From an uncultured bacterium (GTDB lineage: Bacteria > Omnitrophota > Omnitrophia > Omnitrophales > JACQLI01), in the NCBI GenBank assembly GCA_964372875.1, contig CAYJTB010000002.1, forward strand, positions 21,576 through 85,575: DNA of 64,000 nucleotides. The letters run 5' to 3'. The notes under the pieces are model-generated. The model worked only from the letters and a program-made list of their open reading frames with translations. It made no database searches and was not told where the DNA came from. Below, in pieces: positions 1-9,100 of the stretch (its first letter is position 1; every line of letters begins with the position of its first letter). A program made the position numbers and the translations under genes.

Positions 1-557
1 ATTCCGTCACAGATGCCACCATCGGGTACATCACTCGTTACGCGCCGTCCGTTCGTGAAAATGGCGGTCTTTACACCCACGCCGGCAATTGGGCAATTCA
101 AGCGGAGGCCATTCGCCGCGACGGCGACAAGGCCTACCAACTCTACAAGAGTTTCAGCCCGATCCTCCGCGGGCTCGATCCGGATCACTATTTCACGGAA
201 CCTTATGTGACATCCGGAAACGTGGACGGACCGGACTCCCCGCATTTCGGTCGCGGTGGTTGGAGCTGGTACACAGGATCCGCACAATGGTATTTCACTG
301 TGGTGATGAATTGGATCCTGGGTGTCCGCGCCACCAAAGAAGGTTTACTGATTGATCCGGTTATCCCAAAAAGCTGGCCGGGTTTTAGCGTGAAAAGAAA
401 ATTCAGAAATGCTATCTACCAAATCGAAGTTAAGAATCCTAAAGGGGTCAGTGAAGGCGTTAAAGAAGTCCGCGTTGACGGAAAAGTCCATGCTTCAAAC
501 GTTCTTCCTGCTTTTGGAGATGGCAAGACCCACCGGGTCGAAGTTACACTGGGTTAA
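1..557 (+). CDS. GH94-type glycoside phosphorylase (cellobiose / beta-1,2-oligoglucan phosphorylase family), C-terminal fragment; 5' end lies outside the window
   Basis: The frame starting at base 3 is open to the stop at 555-557. The translation ENGGLYTHAGNWAIQAE...EPYVTSGNVDGPDSPHFGRGGWSWYTGSAQWYF...LLIDPVIP resembles the conserved C-terminal region of GH94 phosphorylases. Confidence 0.7.
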   Translation, partial: SVTDATIGYITRYAPSVRENGGLYTHAGNWAIQAEAIRRDGDKAYQLYKSFSPILRGLDPDHYFTEPYVTSGNVDGPDSPHFGRGGWSWYTGSAQWYFTVVMNWILGVRATKEGLLIDPVIPKSWPGFSVKRKFRNAIYQIEVKNPKGVSEGVKEVRVDGKVHASNVLPAFGDGKTHRVEVTLG

Positions 558-2577
558 AACCCACTGGATTTTTCTCTCGCTGATCGGTCTATTCGCTTCG
601 TGTGCTCCCAGCACCCAGATTTTGGCCCCTCGCGAGACCAACGCTCTGTCTCCTTACAAGGAAATCCCCAAAGATAAAAGCTTGAGAGTGGTGCCGTCGA
701 TGTTGTTGATCGATGATTTTAATACCGGAGACGGAAAAAATCGTTTCGGTTCTCCTTGGAAAAGTGAAGGATTACGGCCCGCCGAATTTAAAATCGATTA
801 TCCCATGCAAGACGCGCGCCGTGGAAGGAGGGGAAAATCTCTTCTTCTTGAAGCGGTCCTCTATCCGCGCAAAAAAGGCATGGTTAAAAGTTCCCTAAAG
901 GGTCTTGATGTCAGTCAGGGCAAGGGTCTCGTATTCAAATGCCGGATAAAAACCAAAGAGAACAAACCCTTCGACGGCAAACTCCAATTAGCACTCAAAG
1001 ATCTACGAGGCAGCTCACAAACCGTTGATTTTACAGCCCCTTGCCTTCCCGACCCCGAATCGGATCCCGATAATTGGAGAGAAGTAATAATTCCCCGAGG
1101 TCTTCTGGCATCCTTAGATTGGAATCTTTTGGATGAGATTAGTTTTATTGTGAGCGCCTCAGAGACGACTTCCTTAAAAGCCCGGATCTGGATCGATGAA
1201 ATCACTTTTTTTGGCCCCGAGGAAATAGTTTTTTATTCCCAAAAAGATAATCTGGCGGGGTTTCCAACTTCCGTTGACGCAACCGCGCGGGCCAAAGCGC
1301 TTCTTGCAGAGCCTGACGATCAGAAGTTCCTTTTAGAAGTTGCGCGAGACACTTGGAAATACTTCGTCAATGCCTTGGACCGGAAAACGCATTTGCCCGT
1401 GGATCATATCCGGGTGGGTAAGCCCAACGACGTAGGTTCTTATACCACCCCGACCAACCTCGCCCTTTATTTCCTGGCCTGCGTTTCCGCAAGCGAATTG
1501 GGCATCATCTCCAAAAAAGAGGCCCGGCATCGGGCATTAGAAACTCTCCGGACCCTTAAAGAAATGAAGAGGTGGAAAGGTTTTCACTACAATTTCTACC
1601 AAACGCACTCCCTCATCGTATCGCGGCCCTATATTTCTGTAGTCGACCTTGGCTGGTTCACCGCTTCTTGGATTGTCTTGAGACAGGTTTTTTCGGAAGA
1701 CGCAGAAATTAAAGCACTCGCCAATCAGTTTTTGAAAGACGCCAAGTATCAGGAATTTTATGACTCCACCTTGGGGCAATTAAGACTTGGCTTCGACGAA
1801 GCAACAGGAAAGTATTCAGCCTTCCATTATGGACTGATTTCAACAGAGGCCCGGCTTGCGAGCTTTATAGGAATAGGAAAAGGTGATTTGCCCCTGGGGC
1901 ACTGGTGGTCCATTTACCGCGCGCCGCCCATAGATTGGGAATGGCAAATGCAAGTCCCTGAAGGCAAAAAAGTGAATATCGGAGGCTACCCTATTTTTTT
2001 AGGATTTTATAAATATGACCACATGAAGTTTATTCCTAGTTGGGGAGGGTCAGTTTTTGAATTTTTGATGCCGCCTCTTGTGATGAAAGAAAAAGAGCTG
2101 GCACCAAAATCATTTGGCATGAATAACCGGATCGCCACGCAAGTACATATTGATTATGCTATTAACCGCAAGGGTTATCCGATTTGGGGGATATCCCCAG
2201 CCTCGACCTCGAGTGGCCGGCTTTGGAAATACGGTGAATATGGCGTAAAAATACTAGGGGTTAAGGGCTACAAAGACGAAGGGATCATTGCCCCTTATGC
2301 CACCTTTTTGGCCCTGGAAACCCTACCCGAGGAGGCTATCCATAATATGCGCCGAATGCTCGAGCTTTACCCTGTCTATGGGGAGTATGGGTATTATGAC
2401 TCCGTGAATGTGAAAAATAATCATATCAACTCCCAGTATCTAGTCTTAGATCAAGGCATGATCCTAGTTGCTATCGCCAATTATCTCAGAAAAGGAGTTA
2501 TTAAAGAGTATTTTCACCGGGATGAAATTGCTAAGAAAGCGGCACCGCTTTTGGCACAAGAAGAATGGTTTAAATAG
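520..2577 (+). CDS. Secreted or lipoprotein (alpha/alpha)6 beta-glucan hydrolase-like protein (GH144 / putative-glucoamylase PF10091-like) with an N-terminal CBM-like domain
   Basis: The ORF is open from 409, but ATG 520 gives a signal peptide with a lipobox-like LFASC. The N-terminal block LLIDDFNTGDG...IWIDEITFFG is paralogous to the next gene. The C-terminal blocks DTWKYFVNALD...TTPTNLALYF and YPIWGISPAS...YGYYDSVN...LVLDQGMILVAIANYL look like the DUF3131/GH144-type glucanase fold. The start codon is uncertain (490, 520 or later). Confidence 0.6.
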   Translation: MARPTGSKLHWVKTHWIFLSLIGLFASCAPSTQILAPRETNALSPYKEIPKDKSLRVVPSMLLIDDFNTGDGKNRFGSPWKSEGLRPAEFKIDYPMQDARRGRRGKSLLLEAVLYPRKKGMVKSSLKGLDVSQGKGLVFKCRIKTKENKPFDGKLQLALKDLRGSSQTVDFTAPCLPDPESDPDNWREVIIPRGLLASLDWNLLDEISFIVSASETTSLKARIWIDEITFFGPEEIVFYSQKDNLAGFPTSVDATARAKALLAEPDDQKFLLEVARDTWKYFVNALDRKTHLPVDHIRVGKPNDVGSYTTPTNLALYFLACVSASELGIISKKEARHRALETLRTLKEMKRWKGFHYNFYQTHSLIVSRPYISVVDLGWFTASWIVLRQVFSEDAEIKALANQFLKDAKYQEFYDSTLGQLRLGFDEATGKYSAFHYGLISTEARLASFIGIGKGDLPLGHWWSIYRAPPIDWEWQMQVPEGKKVNIGGYPIFLGFYKYDHMKFIPSWGGSVFEFLMPPLVMKEKELAPKSFGMNNRIATQVHIDYAINRKGYPIWGISPASTSSGRLWKYGEYGVKILGVKGYKDEGIIAPYATFLALETLPEEAIHNMRRMLELYPVYGEYGYYDSVNVKNNHINSQYLVLDQGMILVAIANYLRKGVIKEYFHRDEIAKKAAPLLAQEEWFK

Positions 2578-2702
2578 AGTCTTTTTATCCTTTTTTAAAG
2601 ACATAAAATTTCCCTTCACAAACCCCGTTTTATTACATACAATGAAGCCCGAGTTGTACATCAATAAAAGATTCTGCATGAGTTCGAAAGGAGCTAATTC
2701 AA

Positions 2703-3317
2703 ATGAAAGCGCAACAAATCCTTATCGCTTTAGCAGGTATGACACTCATTTCAACGACCCCTCTTTTAGCTGTTGAGGAAGCAGCCTCCGCAGGTGGCGG
2801 CAGCCAATTAGTACTCGCAGATTTTGACAGCGGTGACAAGCCTAACAATATCGGCGGAGACTTTGGTTCATGGGATAAAGACCCCAACGATGAAACCCAA
2901 TTTTCCCAAATGGCATTCGAAGGTGATGATGCTGCGGGAAATGCATCCGGTTATTCCATTCGGCTTGATTATGATGTCGACAGCCCCAATCCAGCCTACA
3001 ATGGTTTTTGGATGAAGTTAAACGGCGAAGACGCAACTCCCTACAATACGGTAAGTTTCTATCTCCGTGGAGATAAGGAAAAAGGATTCACCAAACGGAT
3101 CAAAGTTGAAATGAAAGATATGTCCAACCAGCCCTCGCCTTACATCGTTACCGGGATTACGGACCAGTGGCAGAAAATTTCTGTCCCCTTTGAAAAATTC
3201 CGCAAGGTCAAAGACTGGACCGCCATGAACGAATTCGTCGTGGTTTTTGACGACATCAACTCGAATCCCAAGGCCGGAACGATCTTTATCGATCAGATCA
3301 CGTTTGAAAAGCAGTAA
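2703..3317 (+). CDS. Secreted carbohydrate-binding-module-like protein (CBM11-like / CIA30-like fold)
   Basis: AAAGGAG lies upstream of the ATG, and there is a signal peptide MKAQQILIALAGMTLISTTPLLA. The motifs LVLADFDSGDKPNNIGGDFGSW ... IFIDQITFEK parallel the N-terminal domain of the 520-2577 product. Confidence 0.55.
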   Translation: MKAQQILIALAGMTLISTTPLLAVEEAASAGGGSQLVLADFDSGDKPNNIGGDFGSWDKDPNDETQFSQMAFEGDDAAGNASGYSIRLDYDVDSPNPAYNGFWMKLNGEDATPYNTVSFYLRGDKEKGFTKRIKVEMKDMSNQPSPYIVTGITDQWQKISVPFEKFRKVKDWTAMNEFVVVFDDINSNPKAGTIFIDQITFEKQ

Positions 3318-3348
3318 GCTTTAAATAGCTTTGCACTGACGCACAACA

Positions 3349-4599
3349 ATGGATGCCCTAGCCCGGAGTAGCAGCTCAGCCATGCTAAAACAAGTCCTGC
3401 TCAAAGACCGTATCCTTACGGATAAGGAAAGAAAGAATCTGGCCATTTTGGAAGTCGTCCGGAAAAATGGCCCGATTTCCCGCACCGACATTTCCAAAGC
3501 GACCGAACTTAACATTGTGACGGTCTCCAATTACATCAATCACTACATCAAAAAAGGTTTGGTGATTGAAGGCGAACTTGACGAATCAACCGGCGGACGC
3601 AAACCCGTCTTAGTGGAACTCAATCCTAAGGCGGGTTACATTGTGGGTGTGGGTCTTAACATGCTCTCAATGGTGGGAATTATGGTCGATCTCGAGATTA
3701 ACGTATTAAAAGAAACGAAACGCGAGCGGGTTCCTGAGAATTCCGAGACCGTGATTCAGAAAATGGTGGATCTTGCAGAGGAGATCATCAGCGCCTCCGA
3801 TATCGACCGGTCAAAAATTGCGGGAGTCGGTGTCGGTGTTCCCGGCATTATTGACGAACGCGGCAGGACCATTCGTTGGCCCCAAAGCTTGGGCGACAAA
3901 GATGTTTCCATCTGCCTTTCCATTAAAGATACCTTCGAGAAAAAACTCAACATCCCAACGATCGTAGAAAATGATGCCAACTCCGCAGTGCTGGGCGAAA
4001 AATGGCTCGGTCTTGACCGCGAAGTCCGCCACATGATTTATATGTTTTCAGGCGTCGGCGTCGGTATTCTGATCAACGGCGAAATCTACCGAGGAGCAAC
4101 GGGTGCGGCCGGAGAACTCGGGGTTGCAAGTTTGAAGGAAAGTAAAGAAGAGGCCTTTGTGATTGCACCTCAACTCGGCCGTTGGGAAATGGATTTGGGG
4201 ATGGTCCGGGAAGCCCGCGAACGTCTGGAAAAAGGTGAAAAATCAGCACTTCGCGATATGGTAGAAGGCAATCTCCATAAACTTGGATTTAAAGAGTTGA
4301 TAAGAGGCGTGAAGGAAAAAGACCCCCTCACGCTTAAGATCGTCGAAGAAGGCGCAGTGCTCCTTGGAAGAAAAGTTGCTTTTCTTGTGAATCTTCTCAA
4401 TCCAGAAATTGTGGTCATCGGTGGAGGTGTAGAAGATTGCGGGGCCGGCTTTTTGGAGGCTTTAAAAAATACCGTCAAGGAATGGGCAGTGGAAGAGGCC
4501 TCAACCCGCGTCAGCATCATTCCCTCTGCCTTCGGCGAAAATGCTGTGGCCCTCGGGGCTGTTGGAATCGTAGCCCGGGAAATTTTCGCCCAGATTTAA
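3349..4599 (+). CDS. ROK-family transcriptional regulator (N-terminal wHTH plus sugar-kinase-like domain)
   Basis: The N-terminal ILEVVRKNGPISRTDISKATELNIVTVSNYINHY is a winged HTH. The ROK-like blocks are GVGVGVPGIID and ENDANSAVLGEKW. Confidence 0.85.
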   Translation: MDALARSSSSAMLKQVLLKDRILTDKERKNLAILEVVRKNGPISRTDISKATELNIVTVSNYINHYIKKGLVIEGELDESTGGRKPVLVELNPKAGYIVGVGLNMLSMVGIMVDLEINVLKETKRERVPENSETVIQKMVDLAEEIISASDIDRSKIAGVGVGVPGIIDERGRTIRWPQSLGDKDVSICLSIKDTFEKKLNIPTIVENDANSAVLGEKWLGLDREVRHMIYMFSGVGVGILINGEIYRGATGAAGELGVASLKESKEEAFVIAPQLGRWEMDLGMVREARERLEKGEKSALRDMVEGNLHKLGFKELIRGVKEKDPLTLKIVEEGAVLLGRKVAFLVNLLNPEIVVIGGGVEDCGAGFLEALKNTVKEWAVEEASTRVSIIPSAFGENAVALGAVGIVAREIFAQI

Positions 4600-4612
4600 C
4601 CCTCAACTTACT

Positions 4613-5347
4613 TTGAGAGCCAGCTTTCTCGAGCATCTGGAAGAGCTGCGCTGGCGACTTATCGCATCGATCGCCGCCATTGTCGGTTTTTCCATGGCGG
4701 CGTATTTTTTTTCCGGCCAAATCCTCGAATTTTTTCTCTCACCCCTTAAGGCTTCCGGCGGCTACACTCTTTATTTTCACTCACCTTACGAAGCCTTCCT
4801 CACGCGCTTAAAAGTCTCTCTTCTGACAGGTGTCCTTGCCGCAAGCCCCGTGCTTTTTACCGAGCTATGGCTTTTTGTGGCCCCCGGTCTTCACCGCAGC
4901 GAAAAGAAGAAAATTTTTATTTTGATTTTAAGTTCAGTCATCCTATTTTTTGCAGGTGTGGTTTTTGCTTTTATGTTCCTTATGCCCTTTGGTCTTAATT
5001 TCTTTTTAGGTTTTCAGACGGATACCCTCCGGCCGCTTTTAGGCGTCACGCCTTATTTTTCGTTTTTGGTGGGGATGATCATAGCTTGTGGAATTTTTTT
5101 CGACCTTCCGATTATCGTACTCGGCTTAGTTGCTGCCGGTGTATTGAATGTAGAGCAGTTGAAAAAGGCCCGTAAATGGGTCATCGTCTTTTTCTTTTTA
5201 GCCTCCGCCATGATTACGCCTACCACCGATCCTGTGACACAAATCCTTTTAACGGTGCCTTTGATTTTATTTTACGAAATCTGCATCTTAATCGGCGGCC
5301 GGATGAGGAAGAAAGATAAGCATGAAAATCCTCTACGCAGGAGATAG
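4613..5347 (+). CDS. tatC: Twin-arginine translocase subunit TatC
   Basis: TTG start. The N-terminus FLEHLEELRWRLI and a six-TM profile are typical of TatC. Confidence 0.85.
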   Translation: MRASFLEHLEELRWRLIASIAAIVGFSMAAYFFSGQILEFFLSPLKASGGYTLYFHSPYEAFLTRLKVSLLTGVLAASPVLFTELWLFVAPGLHRSEKKKIFILILSSVILFFAGVVFAFMFLMPFGLNFFLGFQTDTLRPLLGVTPYFSFLVGMIIACGIFFDLPIIVLGLVAAGVLNVEQLKKARKWVIVFFFLASAMITPTTDPVTQILLTVPLILFYEICILIGGRMRKKDKHENPLRRR

Positions 5348-6068
5348 CCCCGCAGGCGGACCCGCGAATTACCTTTTAGGGATTCTTAGAGCGCTCAAAG
5401 CCGATTTTTTGCATCTGGGCCCCTCCGAAATTCTGGCGCCTCATATTCTTTCACGCCGTTTCGACACAATCATTCTAAGCGATTTCTCAGCCCAAAACGT
5501 CCCACAAACGTCCCAAAAAATCATTCGCGAACAACATTTATCCGGCGCCGGATTAATCATGGTGGGAGGCTGGGGATCTTTCTCAGGGCCTTTCGGCGGG
5601 TGGCGGGGAAGCGCGATTGAAAAAATCCTTCCGGTGTCTTGTCTGGCACGAGATGACCGCACCAATTTTCCGGGCGGCGCTTTGATGACTCTGAAGGCAA
5701 AACACAGCATGTTTAATAAAATCGATTTCAAAAATCCGCCTGTCATCTGTGGTCTTAATGAAATCCGCCCGAAAAAAGAGGCCCTCACGCTTTTAAGCGC
5801 AAGAAAAGTTCAAATAAAAAAAGGCGGCTGCAATCCTCAAATTGCTCTGGATCAAAAAGAATACCCCTTGCTTGTGATTGGAAGAAATCAACACCAAAGA
5901 GTCGCCGCTCTCACCACAGACCTTGCCCCGCATTGGTGCGGAGGATTAGTTGATTGGGGAGGGAAGCGTTTGAAGCTTCGCGTAAATTCCAAAATCCAAA
6001 TTGAAGTAGGAGACTTTTACGTGAAGTTTGTTTCCGGTCTCATCCGTTGGCTCGCCAAACAAGAATAG
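5322..6068 (+). CDS. Class-I glutamine-amidotransferase-like fold protein (DUF1355-like), function unknown
   Basis: MKILYAGDSPAGGPANYL...GLIMVGGWGSFSG resembles the putative-GATase family. The start overlaps the end of tatC by 26 nt. Confidence 0.45.
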   Translation: MKILYAGDSPAGGPANYLLGILRALKADFLHLGPSEILAPHILSRRFDTIILSDFSAQNVPQTSQKIIREQHLSGAGLIMVGGWGSFSGPFGGWRGSAIEKILPVSCLARDDRTNFPGGALMTLKAKHSMFNKIDFKNPPVICGLNEIRPKKEALTLLSARKVQIKKGGCNPQIALDQKEYPLLVIGRNQHQRVAALTTDLAPHWCGGLVDWGGKRLKLRVNSKIQIEVGDFYVKFVSGLIRWLAKQE

Positions 6069-6104
6069 AAAAAATTTACGCGAAGAGGAAGCCCTGAAAT
6101 CCGA

Positions 6105-9100
6105 TTAAGCAGCGATGGCCATCTGTTTTGCGGCCTCGAAGACCTTCCAGATCGCTTCCACTAAGGCAAAAGCCGAGCTCTTTATTTTGAAACGGGATCC
6201 GTTGATCTCAAAGAGATCTTGTTTTTGTGAAAGGCTCAGAACATCTTGAGCAAGTTTGGTGGAAGCACCTGACATAATGACAAGATAAGCAGCGCGTTTA
6301 GCTTCTGGAATAGAATAGGTCACAGAACGCAGACTTTTTCCAAAGTCTTCGCCAAATTCAGCGATCTTATCAGACAGGTTTTCCGGAAGGCTCAAGACAA
6401 AATAACGTCCAAGAAACGTTTGAAATTTAACCTCACCTTCAGGAAAATATTGCTTGTGCGCTTCATGGGCTGCCTTCAAGACTTCCTTTCGTAAACCGAT
6501 CCAATCGGGCGCGTAAACAAGATTTGCCCGGCCATCGGGGACAAGCTTTGTAAGTTCATCCATTTGTTTTGTGAGTTCGTCCTGATCTTGCTGATTCTTC
6601 ACCGCCTCCGGGGTTACAAAAATACTCACTCTGGCTTTCTTATTTTCGACGAGGGGAACAATAAGGCCTCGAAGCTCTGAAGTGCTTGGAACATAATCTA
6701 AAGTCGCCACATGCACTCCGGGTTGATTCGCTCCTTTTGCCAACAATGTAAAAATGCGAGCGATTTCACTATTAAATTGAATACTCTCTGTTTCCGGTCT
6801 CTCACTTTGTTTGGAAAATTCAATTAAAGCTGGAAGAATTTCTTCATCGTCAGGACTAAAGACCCACCGCATTTGTTTGGCGATTTCCAAGATAGCCCGA
6901 ACGACCGTCTTTGGATCCATCTTAGGGTTAGAATAGGGACGATGTTTTACAGCCCTTTCCATCAAAGAGAGGGTGAGAACCTCAGTTTTGGGGGAAATTC
7001 TCATTTCCGAGCGGCCGGCTTCAGTGTCCGGCGGAGTCGGAGGCACTTGAGGAGGCTGGCGGAATAAATTCTCAAGGCTCGCCCGGTCCTGCTCTTTCAA
7101 AAGGTGAAGCGCAAAAATTCGCCCGGCAAGGGTTTCAATAAGTTCTTCCATGGCCGGCGTGAGCGGTTGCGATTTCACCCGAAACATCTTTATGTATTCA
7201 GAAGGAAGCGGAACATTATTCGCAATATCTGCAAAAGATTTGTTATCCGTTAATACAGCCACCGGGTTTTCCTTTTCATACTTACCTCCCTGAACATTTT
7301 GGAAGTAAAACTTTCGGGCGTCTTCAGGGGTGAGTTCACCTTTCAAACGGAGAAGCTTTTCAATGAGCTCAGTTCGTGGCTCAAGCGTCGTAAGAAAATC
7401 AATGAGATCTTTATAATTCCTGTCAAACCTTGCCAGCGGTTCGGTAAGACTCCAAACCTCGCTGCGCATTTCGGAGCGGTTCGGATTTTCGCCTTGACCG
7501 GGAAGGCCCTTCTCCAAAAGGTTGCGGATAAACAGAGCCGTGCTAAAAAGAAAATGTTTGGCTTCTTCATTAGGAACATCTTCCTTTTGGCTCGCTGTAT
7601 TTAAGGCGCTTGCGTAGCGCATGAGTTCGCTGCTAAAACGCGCAAGAACGCTTTGAGGATCTTTGTATTCCGGATTCGTTTCGGGATGAGTGAAGGAATA
7701 GGTTAGAGTCGATTCCCCCCCCGCCGTTTTTTCGGATTCGATCAAAGTGACTTCATTCTTATCGGGTTCAACCGTTAAATTCCAGTAAAACCCGTGCCCT
7801 TCTTCCAATTCCACGCTGTTGGACACCACGATTTTTCCGCCTTCCCCTTTATCAGACGGCAGTTGTTGCAATTGGATTTTATATTCAACGCCGTTCGCCG
7901 CCGTGAGTTGGGTTTCGTAAATATTTTTGGTATGAGTAGGCGCAATTAAAGGTATGCGCTCTGAGGTAGAAATGACTTTATGATAATAGGGAGAGGAAAT
8001 CAGTTGAGAGGGGATAGATTGGGCTTCGCCCTTAGAAGAATACAGGAGCGTCTCGGCGGGTTTTTCCGGGTTAGGTCCCAATACAAGGTAAAGCTCCGTT
8101 TCCAATTGAGTCTTGGCACCCTCGGGCACGGTGATCTCAACCTGCCCCTCTTCCGTGACCTTTTGAAGCGTCTCGACTAAATGTAAAATTCGGCCCACCA
8201 AGACATCGCCTTTTTCCGCTTTAAACAAAATGTCCTGAGGCCGAACCTCTTTTTCTGAAAAGGGCGACAGTTTGACTCGGTTGAGAAGCATTTTGACTTC
8301 ATAGCCAAAGCCGCTGGATTGTTCAGAAATGCTTTTGATTAACTCTTCACGATGGGCCAGCTCCCACAATTTGGAGAGGTATTGCTTTAATTCTTCATCA
8401 CTGGCCCGCGCCTCGGAACGGAAGTTGCGGGAGTCTGTGTGAGGATCATACATAGGTTCAAGGGCCCGACGGATGGGGTCAAAGACGAAAAAATGTTCCA
8501 GATGAAGACTGGGTTTATGGATCCCGGCATAGGCGTCCTTAACACGTGACGGTGAAAATACTATTTCCACGGCGCCAGCTATCGCGAGGATATTGCTGTA
8601 ATCTCCCGATCGAAACCAACGAATCAGCTCGTCTTTCGTGGGAGGAAATTCGAGCCTCCGATCTTCCAACGTCTTTTTCCATTCGTCAGGAAGATTTTCT
8701 TTCTTATACTGTGAAGCCATTTTTGAAAGAGTCTCCAAATCTCTTTCGTCAATCAGCCCATCCAAAACAGGATCGGCGATAAAACGTGGCGGTTTTCTCG
8801 GTTCGCGAATCTCGTAGAGCCTCCATTTCATACCGGTCGGTGAAAACTCGAGCACAAACCGCTTTAATTGTTCTTCCAGGCCCGCTTGATTTTCCGGAGA
8901 ATCTTCAGCCTGAAAAAGAAGATGATCGGGAGTCCACCGGTTTACCTTGTAGCCGCCGCCTCTAAAATATTCGGTTTCTGTTGCCTTGAGGTAGTCAAAC
9001 GCCGCCATTTTTTCTACGGGAAGCAGCTCCTTGATCCGATTTTGGAGGGCTTTAATAGCATCGCCGACGCTCATTCCTTTGCGCGCTTCGGGATCATCTG

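Noticed and set aside
409-519. The N-terminal extension of the glucanase-like ORF overlaps the GH94 gene by about 150 nt.
   Set aside because: The extension is not signal-peptide-like. ATG 520 yields a proper lipoprotein signal, so the long overlap is probably an ORF-calling artefact.
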